Of a stretch of DNA of 24,000 nt, positions 17,581 through 24,000 are shown in pieces (positions within the stretch are counted from its first letter, which is position 1; each line of letters starts with the position of its first letter). The notes beneath the pieces are model-generated. The model made no database searches, was not told the origin of the DNA, and worked only from the letters and a program-made list of their open reading frames with translations. This DNA comes from Thermoleophilia bacterium. Lineage in GTDB: Bacteria; Actinomycetota; Thermoleophilia; BMS3ABIN01. The position numbers and the translations under genes are program-made. Location of the stretch: the NCBI GenBank assembly GCA_020053595.1, contig JAGVMV010000017.1, forward strand, positions 66,204 through 90,203. Reading direction: 5' to 3'.

Positions 17581-17628
17581 GATTCCTCCGAAGGGTCAAA
17601 CGTTCTTCACAAACAGGGGCAATCAGTG

Positions 17629-17641
17629 ATTTTACACTATA
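17629..17641 (-). promoter_or_regulatory. Candidate -10 elements (TATAGT / TAAAAT) upstream of efp
   Basis: The minus strand reads TTTATAGTGTAAAATC in the 136-nt pepP-efp spacer. Both hexamers fit TAnnnT. The only -35-like TTGCCA is 20 nt upstream, which is too far. Motif match only. Confidence 0.2.
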
Positions 17642-17669
17642 AACGGGGGCCGGGGGAAGCTTGGCAACC

Positions 17670-17689
17670 ATTCCGGTTCCGTCCGGAAT
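17670..17689 (-). other. Stem-loop after pepP (no U-tract)
   Basis: The minus RNA reads AUUCCGG-ACGGAA-CCGGAAU, a 7-bp stem, 28 nt after the pepP stop. It is followed by GGUUGCC rather than a U-run. Confidence 0.3.
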
Positions 17690-17716
17690 AGCCATGATCA
17701 GGCGCAAATACAGGCT

Positions 17717-18766
17717 TTAACGCAGAACTTTGAGTTCCCGCGGGAATTTCGTGAGCGGTACAGCGCCCCTGGCGCCGACCAGTACCGTGTCCTCGATGCG
17801 CACGCCGCCAAGACGCTCGAGGTAGATGCCAGGCTCGATAGTGACAGTCATGCCGGCCTTCAGAGTCTCTTTCGACCGGCCTGACAGCACCGGCGCTTCA
17901 TGGGACTCTAGCCCAACCCCGTGGCCCAGGGAATGGCCAAAAGCTTCGCCAAAACCGGCCGCCGAGATGTGGTCACGGGCCAGCCGGTCTATTTCGGCGC
18001 AGGCTACGCCGTCACGCACGCCGGCAAGGGCCAGTTGTTGGGCTTCCTGTACGATGCGATATATTTCGGCCAACCGCGGCGGCAGGGGCCCGGTGGTAAA
18101 AGTCCTGGTGGCGTCGGAGCAGTAACCGTCGACGCTGGCGCCCAGATCCACTACCACCAGCTCTCCTGTCCCGATTATCCGATTCCCGGCGACGCCATGG
18201 GGCAGTGCCGAACGCGGCCCCGAAGCGACGATGATCTCGAAAGGCATCGGTCCGGAACCGGCCTCGCGCATAGCGGACTCAAGCAGCCAGGCGACCTGTT
18301 TCTCGCTCCTGCCCACGACTTTTGAACGCAGCAGTTTGGCAAAGGCCAGGTCCGCCATCGCCGCCGCCTGCCGCAGCCGCCTCAGCTCAACGGATTTCTT
18401 TACCTGGCGCCGCTGTTCAATCTCTCCTGAGGAATCCAGAAAGCTGAGCCCCTTGAGCAGCTTCTTCATCAGCTGAAACTGCCTGAGAGTCAGATGGTCG
18501 CCATCGTAGCCGATAACCCCGGTTTTCAGACGCCTGGCGTTGATGTAACGACAGCAACCCTCCAATGCTCCGCCATTGACGAAGCGGACATCGAAACCCT
18601 TTACCTCCCGGATAGCCTGGACGTGGTAGCGAAAATCGGTGAAGAACAGATTTAGCCGCGGTGTCAACAGGGCGCACCCGGCTGAGCCGCTGAAACCGGT
18701 CAGGTAGCGGAGACTGGGCAGGTGAGTTACCAGCAGGGAGTCGTGCTTGCGGGATTCGGAGGTCAA
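17717..18766 (-). CDS. pepP: Xaa-Pro aminopeptidase (M24B family)
   Basis: An N-terminal creatinase-like domain (LLVTHLPSLRYLTGFSGSAG) is followed by M24 metal ligands in VVDLGASVDGYCSDATRT, HSLGHGVGLESHE, TIEPGIY and VRIEDTVLV. I inferred a TTG start at 18766, 2 nt after the aroQ TAG, giving 349 aa. The track start at 18859 lies inside aroQ. Confidence 0.88.
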   Translation of the reverse strand: MTSESRKHDSLLVTHLPSLRYLTGFSGSAGCALLTPRLNLFFTDFRYHVQAIREVKGFDVRFVNGGALEGCCRYINARRLKTGVIGYDGDHLTLRQFQLMKKLLKGLSFLDSSGEIEQRRQVKKSVELRRLRQAAAMADLAFAKLLRSKVVGRSEKQVAWLLESAMREAGSGPMPFEIIVASGPRSALPHGVAGNRIIGTGELVVVDLGASVDGYCSDATRTFTTGPLPPRLAEIYRIVQEAQQLALAGVRDGVACAEIDRLARDHISAAGFGEAFGHSLGHGVGLESHEAPVLSGRSKETLKAGMTVTIEPGIYLERLGGVRIEDTVLVGARGAVPLTKFPRELKVLR

Positions 18767-18767
18767 G

Positions 18768-19232
18768 CTAACCGGCCGGGTTGAGCCGCTGCGCCAACGA
18801 CTGCAGCGCCTCCATGTAGCCGTCAGGGCCCTTGCCGGAAATGGTCTGGTCGCAGACATCGCGTATCACGGAATGGTGCCGCCATTCCTCCGTCCGCGCG
18901 TCGATATCGGAAAGGTGGACTTCTATGACCGGCCCCTTGACCATCTCCAGAGCGTCACGAATGGCATAGCTGTAATGTGTCCAGGCGCCCGGATTGACGA
19001 TCATGCCCAGCGCCCTCAGGCGCAACTCATGGATTTTTTCCACCAGATCACCCTCATGGTTTGTCTGAAAGGAAATACAGACCAGCCCCAGGCGCCGCGC
19101 CTCTTTGACCACCTGGTTTTCCAGTTCGGCCAGGGTCAGCGTGCCGTAATGCTCCGGATCGCGCTTGCCCAGCATGTTCATGTTGACACCATGCAGAAGA
19201 GCTATGTTGAGGATCTCCCGTTCCTGGTACAT
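18768..19232 (-). CDS. aroQ: Type II 3-dehydroquinate dehydratase
   Basis: 154 aa. LHGVNMNMLGKRDPEHYG, FQTNHEGDLVEKIH and NPGAWTHYSYAIRDA are AroQ hallmarks. The ATG directly abuts the aroB TAA (TAAATG). Confidence 0.95.
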   Translation of the reverse strand: MYQEREILNIALLHGVNMNMLGKRDPEHYGTLTLAELENQVVKEARRLGLVCISFQTNHEGDLVEKIHELRLRALGMIVNPGAWTHYSYAIRDALEMVKGPVIEVHLSDIDARTEEWRHHSVIRDVCDQTISGKGPDGYMEALQSLAQRLNPAG

Positions 19233-20327
19233 TTACTTTCCCCCCGCTGCCAGGCGCTCGACTTCCCGGCGCAGCATGGTGGCGTCAACGTCACAGTTGA
19301 TCACCGGTTCGCCAATGGTCTTGAGCAACACCATGTTGGCCGAGATATCATCCGCCTTCTTATCGCTGGACATGGCGCCGATTACAGCTCCCGGGTCGAT
19401 GCCCTGGTAATGCGTCGGCAGCCCCAGCAACTCCAGCAGGGCTTCCAGCCTGTGGGAATAATCTCCGGCCAGGGAAAAAACCTGCTCCGAGATGCGCACG
19501 GCCGCCAGCAGCCCAAGGGCCACAGCCTGACCGTGAGAATAAGCGGTGTAGTTGCCGGCCGTCTCGATACCGTGGCCGACACTGTGCCCAAGGTTCAGCA
19601 CCGCCCGTCGGCCATAATCGCGCTCGTCTTCCGATACCACCCCGAGCTTGTACTCGATGCAACGCCGGACCATCGGCTCGACGAAAGCCATGTTAAGCAT
19701 CAGGAATTCCTCGTACCCGGATTCCAGCGCGTAGAAAAATTCGTCCCCGGAAAGCAGGGCGTATTTGACTACCTCGGCCAGACCCTCGACCAGCTGGTCG
19801 CGCGGCAGCGTTTTCAGCAGCTCCGGATCGGTGATGACCATATCGGGTTGATAAAAGGAACCGACGTAATTTTTTGCTTCGTTGATGTTGATGCCGACCT
19901 TGCCACCGATGCTGGAATCCACCTGGGACAGCAGCGTGGTCGGTATCTGCACAAACCCGATACCGCGCATGTAAGTGCTGGCCACAAAACCGGCCAGATC
20001 GCCGACGACTCCGCCGCCAAGGGCGCAAACGGCATCGCAACGCCGGGTCTGCAGGCGAAACATTTCCGAGAAAAGCCTCGTGGCCTCGGCCAGGCTCTTG
20101 GCCTCCTCTCCGGCGTCGACAACAATGGCCTTGACCGCGAAACCGGCTTCCACAAAAACCTGCTCGACTGAGCCAAGAAAGAGGTTGGCCACGTTACTGT
20201 CGGTAATGATCACCACTTTGCCCGGCCGTCCGCGGGAACTCCAGAGGTTGCCGGCCTCCCGCACAGCCGCCGCGCTGAGGTATACCGGATATTCCTTGCT
20301 GCGCGTACTGGCGAGTAGCTGGATCAC
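19233..20327 (-). CDS. aroB: 3-dehydroquinate synthase
   Basis: 364 aa. GGGVVGDLAGFVASTYMRGIGFVQIPTTLLSQVDSSIGGKVGIN and LNLGHSVGHGIE motifs. The GTG start at 20327 overlaps the aroK TGA as GTGA. Confidence 0.95.
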   Translation of the reverse strand: MIQLLASTRSKEYPVYLSAAAVREAGNLWSSRGRPGKVVIITDSNVANLFLGSVEQVFVEAGFAVKAIVVDAGEEAKSLAEATRLFSEMFRLQTRRCDAVCALGGGVVGDLAGFVASTYMRGIGFVQIPTTLLSQVDSSIGGKVGININEAKNYVGSFYQPDMVITDPELLKTLPRDQLVEGLAEVVKYALLSGDEFFYALESGYEEFLMLNMAFVEPMVRRCIEYKLGVVSEDERDYGRRAVLNLGHSVGHGIETAGNYTAYSHGQAVALGLLAAVRISEQVFSLAGDYSHRLEALLELLGLPTHYQGIDPGAVIGAMSSDKKADDISANMVLLKTIGEPVINCDVDATMLRREVERLAAGGK

Positions 20328-20851
20328 AGGATCCCGGTCCTTTCATGGATCAGGCTGATAATCCTGTCGGCCACCTGTTCCACGTTCAGGCTACGAGTAT
20401 CGACGATATATTTGGAAAGTCTGCGATAAAGGCTTTCCCTTTCGGAGTAAAGAGCCTGAAATTTGTCTATGTCATCGGCAAGCGGCCGCTTGCCACCACG
20501 GGCGCGCCTGAAGGCCATGTTGATATCCTCGTCGAGCAGTACAACCAGAGGCTCCCGGATCAAGCGTTCGTATACAGCCGGTATGGTTACGGCGCCACCA
20601 CCCAGTGAAACGACAGTGCCGGTCTCCGCACGCGAGGTTTCTTCCAGCAGCCCCAGTACCACTGCCTCCTCGGCCTTGCGAAAACCGGGCTCGCCATGTA
20701 ATTCAAAGATCTCGTGAATCGGCATACCAAGATGTTGCTCTACAAGGGGGTCAGCGTCGAAGAAATCCCAGCCCAGTTTTTCGGACAGCAGTTTGCCGAC
20801 GGCGGTCTTGCCGCTGCCCATGAACCCGGTCAGGATCAGGGTCTCGGCCAA
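20324..20851 (-). CDS. aroK: Shikimate kinase
   Basis: 175 aa. P-loop LTGFMGSGKTAVGKLLSEKLGWDFFDAD and the SLGGGAV motif. The TTG start at 20851 overlaps aroC by 16 nt. Confidence 0.93.
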   Translation of the reverse strand: MAETLILTGFMGSGKTAVGKLLSEKLGWDFFDADPLVEQHLGMPIHEIFELHGEPGFRKAEEAVVLGLLEETSRAETGTVVSLGGGAVTIPAVYERLIREPLVVLLDEDINMAFRRARGGKRPLADDIDKFQALYSERESLYRRLSKYIVDTRSLNVEQVADRIISLIHERTGIL

Positions 20852-22008
20852 TTTCCCCTCATTCTCCTCATGCAGGCGAGGTACGATTCCCTGACATCAA
20901 CAAGGCAATCTCCGCCAAACTTTTCCAAAAATGCCGCAGCCAGCTCTATTGCTACCATCGCCTCGGCGACTACCGCCGCGGCCGGAACAGCGCAGACGTC
21001 GCTGCGCTCCTTGAGCGCCAGCTCCTCGTCACCGGATACCACATCGACGGAACGCAATGGTTTGGTCAGGGTGGGAATCGGCTTCATGCAGGCGCGAACG
21101 ATGAGAGGCTCACCGTTGGTCATGCCGCCCTCGAGCCCGCCGGCATTGTTGGTGCGCCGATGATAACCGGTTTCATCAAAAAAGATTTCGTCGTGAACAG
21201 CCGATCCCGGCCTGCCGGCCAGGTCGAAGCCCGCCCCGATCTCCGCCCCCTTGATGGCTGGTATGCTCATCAGCGCTCCGCCGATACGGCCGCCGAGCCG
21301 TTCGGGTCCCGAGGCGTAAGAACCCAGCCCGGGTATCAGGCCAAATGCCTGGACTTCGAAGATTCCACCCAGGGATTCGCCATCCTTGCGGGCCTTGTCG
21401 ATCTCCGCCATCATTGCTTCAGCGGCCTTCTTGTCAATACAACGAACCGGTGATTCGTCAACCTCCAGGAAATCCTCCGGACTGACTGCCGGTCGATCTG
21501 CTTCGATGATGCCAATTCGGGTCACATGGCTGACTACCGAAATCTCAAAACCGGCAAGCAGCTTACGGGCGATCGCACCGGCTGCGACCCTGGCGGCAGT
21601 CTCACGGGCACTCGCCCTCTCGAGCACGCTGCGAACATCATTTAGTCCAAACTTTTGCATGCCCGCAAGGTCCGCGTGGCCTGGCCGGGGAACTGTCAGT
21701 GGCGCGCCTTTTTCTCCGCTTTCAGGCTGACCGGCCGCCATTGTCTCGGTCCAGTTTTTCCAGTCGCTGTTAGCGATCCTCAGAGCTATGGGCGTTCCCA
21801 GGGTAGTCCCGTGCCGTACGCCACTCACTATCATCGCCTGATCGGTTTCGATCTTCATGCGGCCACCGCGGCCATGCCCCAGCTGACGCCGTGCCAGGTC
21901 GCGATCGATATCATCGACGGACAGACCGAGGCCAGCCGGTACACCTTCGACTATGGCAACCAGCTCGGGGCCATGGGATTCGCCTGCTGTCGTAAAGCGA
22001 AACGGCAA
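20836..22008 (-). CDS. aroC: Chorismate synthase
   Basis: 390 aa. Motifs FRFTTAGESHGPELVAIVEGVPAGL, RPGHAD and GGLEGGMTNGEP. The TTG start at 22008 has GGGAGAG 8 nt upstream. Confidence 0.96.
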   Translation of the reverse strand: MPFRFTTAGESHGPELVAIVEGVPAGLGLSVDDIDRDLARRQLGHGRGGRMKIETDQAMIVSGVRHGTTLGTPIALRIANSDWKNWTETMAAGQPESGEKGAPLTVPRPGHADLAGMQKFGLNDVRSVLERASARETAARVAAGAIARKLLAGFEISVVSHVTRIGIIEADRPAVSPEDFLEVDESPVRCIDKKAAEAMMAEIDKARKDGESLGGIFEVQAFGLIPGLGSYASGPERLGGRIGGALMSIPAIKGAEIGAGFDLAGRPGSAVHDEIFFDETGYHRRTNNAGGLEGGMTNGEPLIVRACMKPIPTLTKPLRSVDVVSGDEELALKERSDVCAVPAAAVVAEAMVAIELAAAFLEKFGGDCLVDVRESYLACMRRMRGNWPRP

Positions 22009-22042
22009 GAAATCACTCTCCCGTAATGAGATTTGTTATTAC

Positions 22043-22061
22043 CTGCGGACAGGCTCCGCAG
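22043..22061. other. Perfect 7-bp inverted repeat in the pilus-aroC spacer
   Basis: CTGCGGA-caggc-TCCGCAG. No U-tract follows on either strand. Confidence 0.3.
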
Positions 22062-22080
22062 CCGGCCTGTTGAGGAATGA

Positions 22081-22100
22081 CCCGAACCTTTTCGTTCAGG
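22081..22100 (-). other. Stem-loop 14 nt after the PilP-slot gene stop
   Basis: The minus RNA reads CCUGAAC-GAAAAG-GUUCGGG, 7 bp including one G-U that becomes a C-A mismatch on the plus strand. It is followed by UCAUUCCUC, which is only partly U-rich. Confidence 0.25.
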
Positions 22101-22113
22101 ATTGACACTTGGG

Positions 22114-22641
22114 TTACTTTACCGGCGGTGGAGTGTATGTGCCACTGGTGCCACTTGTGCCGGTACTTCCCGTGGTGCCGGTAGTGCCCGTCGTTTCTGC
22201 CGTGCCAGTTGTACCGGTAGATCCGGTGTAGGTATAAGTAGTTCCGTTTGTTCCTGTGCTGGTTGACGGTGTCGTCGAAGTACCCGTGGTTGTTGTGCCG
22301 GTGCCACTGGTCGAGCCCGAACTCTCGGATACCTGCTGAATGAAAGGATCCTTCCTCAGAAACACAGGTTTCCAGGCGCTTTCGGCGGTCATGTATCCAT
22401 CGCTGGTACCGGATACAGAATAACCGCTGGTCGACGGAGTTAGCGACGACTTGTTGGTGGTGGTTCCAGTGGTTCCAGCCGGCTTCGTCTCGGCATTTGT
22501 CTTCGCCGAGGTCGGCGGGGCGGTTTCCTCGCCACAGGATACAGCCAGAGCAACCGTGAGCATCACCAGTACGATAGCTGCAACCGCCGCAAGTATCGGT
22601 GAGCCCCTAAATTTTACAAATTGTGTTACTAATGCGTTCAT
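22114..22641 (-). CDS. Predicted lipoprotein in the PilP position of a pilMNO cluster; Thr/Gly/Ser-rich low-complexity C-terminal half
   Basis: 175 aa. The N-terminus has K10/R12, then a hydrophobic core, then ALAVS-C36, which fits the permissive lipobox pattern. RKDPF lies at aa 96-100. Residues 105-170 are almost only T, G and S, and the protein ends PPPVK. The gene starts 20 nt after pilO. The function is inferred from position only. Confidence 0.55.
   Translation of the reverse strand: MNALVTQFVKFRGSPILAAVAAIVLVMLTVALAVSCGEETAPPTSAKTNAETKPAGTTGTTTNKSSLTPSTSGYSVSGTSDGYMTAESAWKPVFLRKDPFIQQVSESSGSTSGTGTTTTGTSTTPSTSTGTNGTTYTYTGSTGTTGTAETTGTTGTTGSTGTSGTSGTYTPPPVK
22132..22329 (-). repeat. Degenerate triplet-periodic coding low-complexity tract (Thr/Gly/Ser codons)
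   Basis: The plus strand reads as reiterated ggtNccNgt-like units (ggtgccactggtgccacttgtgccggtact...). These encode TGTTGTTGSTGTSGTSGT-type sequence. The units are imperfect, not a clean tandem repeat. Confidence 0.6.
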
Positions 22642-22661
22642 TTATTGATCATTTCCCGTAA

Positions 22662-23285
22662 TTATTGAGTGGCGCCTGTATCAGTCTGGTCTCTTCTGGC
22701 TGTCTTGGTCACCGGGGCCGGGTTCGTCATGTAGGCGTTGGCGCCGATCTTCACCAGCACTTCCGGGAAGTCGCCGATATCCGGCTGCACCATATCCAGA
22801 GTTATTACGTTTATCAGCCTTCCTGTAACATTGATGTCGTTGCCTTCCATCCTGGCATAATTCTCTACCCGGTAGAGAAAATCGTGAACATCGAAATACT
22901 CACCCTGAACATTAATTTCGATCGGTACAATGGTACCGCCATCGGTGCCGGCGATGGGTGTGACCGGCACAATTTTTAAAAATTTCAGCCCGGCGTCGTT
23001 CGCCGTTGCCTGTAGTTCGACAATCATCGATGGCACCTGGCTGTCCATCGGGATCAGCTTGTTCAGCTTGAGCAGGTCTCCCGCTGCCTGTTTCGCCGCC
23101 GTACGCTCCTCGTCGATGCGCTTAACTTTGGCGCGGTTCTGTTCGTATTCCGTATTGGCCGTCTGGTATTCAGCCAGCTTGCTATCCGTTTCGTCCTTTT
23201 TGGGAGTTATTATCAGGAAATACCAGGCTACCAGGATGACTACTACTCCCAGCCCTATAAGGATTCCGATGTCGCGTTTCTTCAC
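22662..23285 (-). CDS. pilO: Type IV pilus assembly protein PilO
   Basis: 207 aa. A short basic N-terminus is followed by a TM helix (ILIGLGVVVILVAWYFLII), a coiled-coil segment and an alpha/beta domain (VPSMIVELQATANDAGLKFLKI...INVQGEYFDVHDFLYRVEN). The GTG start at 23285 has GAGGAG 6 nt upstream. Confidence 0.8.
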   Translation of the reverse strand: MKKRDIGILIGLGVVVILVAWYFLIITPKKDETDSKLAEYQTANTEYEQNRAKVKRIDEERTAAKQAAGDLLKLNKLIPMDSQVPSMIVELQATANDAGLKFLKIVPVTPIAGTDGGTIVPIEINVQGEYFDVHDFLYRVENYARMEGNDINVTGRLINVITLDMVQPDIGDFPEVLVKIGANAYMTNPAPVTKTARRDQTDTGATQ

Positions 23286-23300
23286 CTGATTCTCCTCAGC

Positions 23301-24000
23301 CTATCTGGTGGTACCGGTTGTCCGGGACGTCGTCCCGGTCGGTGTCGTTGAGTCCGTAGTCGGCGTTGTCGATGTCCCCGTGGTCGGTGTGACCTGCGAG
23401 GCGTCGCCACTGGTGTCCGGCACAACCGCGGGACCCTGGGTATCACCAGTCTGTTTGAGCGAGGCCGTGATCTTGAAATGGGTCACCATCTGGCCCTGGA
23501 GTTCTTCCTTCTCAGCGCTGGTAAGGGTCACGTTCGCGATCGAAGGTATGAGGCCAAGTCTGACCAGCAGGGTAGCCACCGACGGCATTTCCCGCGTATA
23601 TCCCTCGATTTCGATGTCGCTCTTCTCGGTGCTGGATTTGGAAGTCGACCCTGCTGACGACATTGTATCGATCCCGGGTACCTTTGCCTTGATGGCAACC
23701 AGCCAGACATCCTCCGGGATGACAAACGCCAGGTCATCGATGGTCCGCGACCAGCGCACCCGCTGCCCATAAAGGGTGGTGACGATATTGAGCTGAGACT
23801 GTTTTTTAATCTTGATCTCGTCGTAACGCTTCATCTCAGAAACCTGTTTCTGAAGATCGTTGTTACTCTTCTTGATATCCTGCAGCTGTCTGTCCGCGTT
23901 CTCCAGTTGGTTGCTGTAATGGTAATAGCTGCCGCCAAGAATGCCCGCGAGTATCATCGTTCCCGCTACGGGAACGATATACATCTGCCGGCGGAATTCC
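23301..24000 (-). CDS. pilN: Type IV pilus assembly protein PilN-like, probably 5'-truncated by the window end
   Basis: A TM helix (IVPVAGTMILAGILGG) is followed by a coiled coil, then RVRWSRTIDDLAFVIPEDVWLVAIKA...IEIEGYTREMPSVATLLVRLGL...NVTLTS, which is typical of PilN. The frame stays open upstream of the ATG at 23984 (..EFRRQ-M), so the true start with the cytoplasmic PilM-binding peptide is likely beyond 24000. The C-terminal 30 aa are Thr-rich (TPTTGTSTTPTTDSTTPTGTTSRTTGTTR). Confidence 0.75.
   Translation of the reverse strand, partial: EFRRQMYIVPVAGTMILAGILGGSYYHYSNQLENADRQLQDIKKSNNDLQKQVSEMKRYDEIKIKKQSQLNIVTTLYGQRVRWSRTIDDLAFVIPEDVWLVAIKAKVPGIDTMSSAGSTSKSSTEKSDIEIEGYTREMPSVATLLVRLGLIPSIANVTLTSAEKEELQGQMVTHFKITASLKQTGDTQGPAVVPDTSGDASQVTPTTGTSTTPTTDSTTPTGTTSRTTGTTR

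Noticed and set aside
22102-22107. A perfect TTGACA -35 hexamer on the plus strand in the pilus-aroC spacer.
   Set aside because: No -10-like hexamer follows at 16-19 nt, and there is no plus-strand gene to drive.
1-24000. A search for tRNA, rRNA, CRISPR repeats, IS or transposase ends, integrases, toxin-antitoxin pairs and defence-system signatures.
   Set aside because: The five spacers over 100 nt show no tRNA-like T-arm or anticodon structure and no repeat-spacer periodicity. No ORF has transposase, integrase, nuclease-helicase or TA-like features. None are reported.

Overview
This is a high-GC bacterial chromosomal segment; spot checks give about 60-70% GC in core genes. All 25 genes I can support lie on the minus strand, and their junctions are very short or overlapping. 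The content is almost entirely housekeeping. In transcription order (right to left) it holds:
- the end of a type IV pilus alignment cluster (pilN, pilO and a lipoprotein in the PilP position);
- the shikimate genes aroC-aroK-aroB-aroQ, an Xaa-Pro aminopeptidase and efp;
- a carboxyltransferase-BCCP fusion next to a biotin carboxylase, which resembles a two-subunit pyruvate carboxylase;
- nusB, xseB, an FPP synthase, dxs, tlyA, nadK and recN;
- a three-gene accessory insert (DUF362 protein, HD-HD type CDF metal exporter, 65-aa single-cluster ferredoxin);
- pyrG, an M20 peptidase, a Nudix ADP-ribose pyrophosphatase and the 5' part of alanine dehydrogenase.
From memory, the gene order joins blocks known from Actinobacteria and Firmicutes.

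I found no rRNA, tRNA, CRISPR array, IS element, prophage or recognisable defence system, and no convincing multi-gene novel system. The items most worth a second look are:
- the PilP-slot lipoprotein, which keeps an RKDPF segment but has a Thr/Gly/Ser tail and no secretin after it;
- the DUF362-CDF-ferredoxin insert, translationally coupled to recN;
- the CT-BCCP fusion sitting where accB is expected;
- an intrinsic terminator only about 42 nt upstream of pyrG, a possible attenuator;
- an orphan, extended xseB;
- an unusually high share of TTG start codons.
Several ORF-track starts were shortened using stop/start context and family N-termini. These boundaries are inferences.
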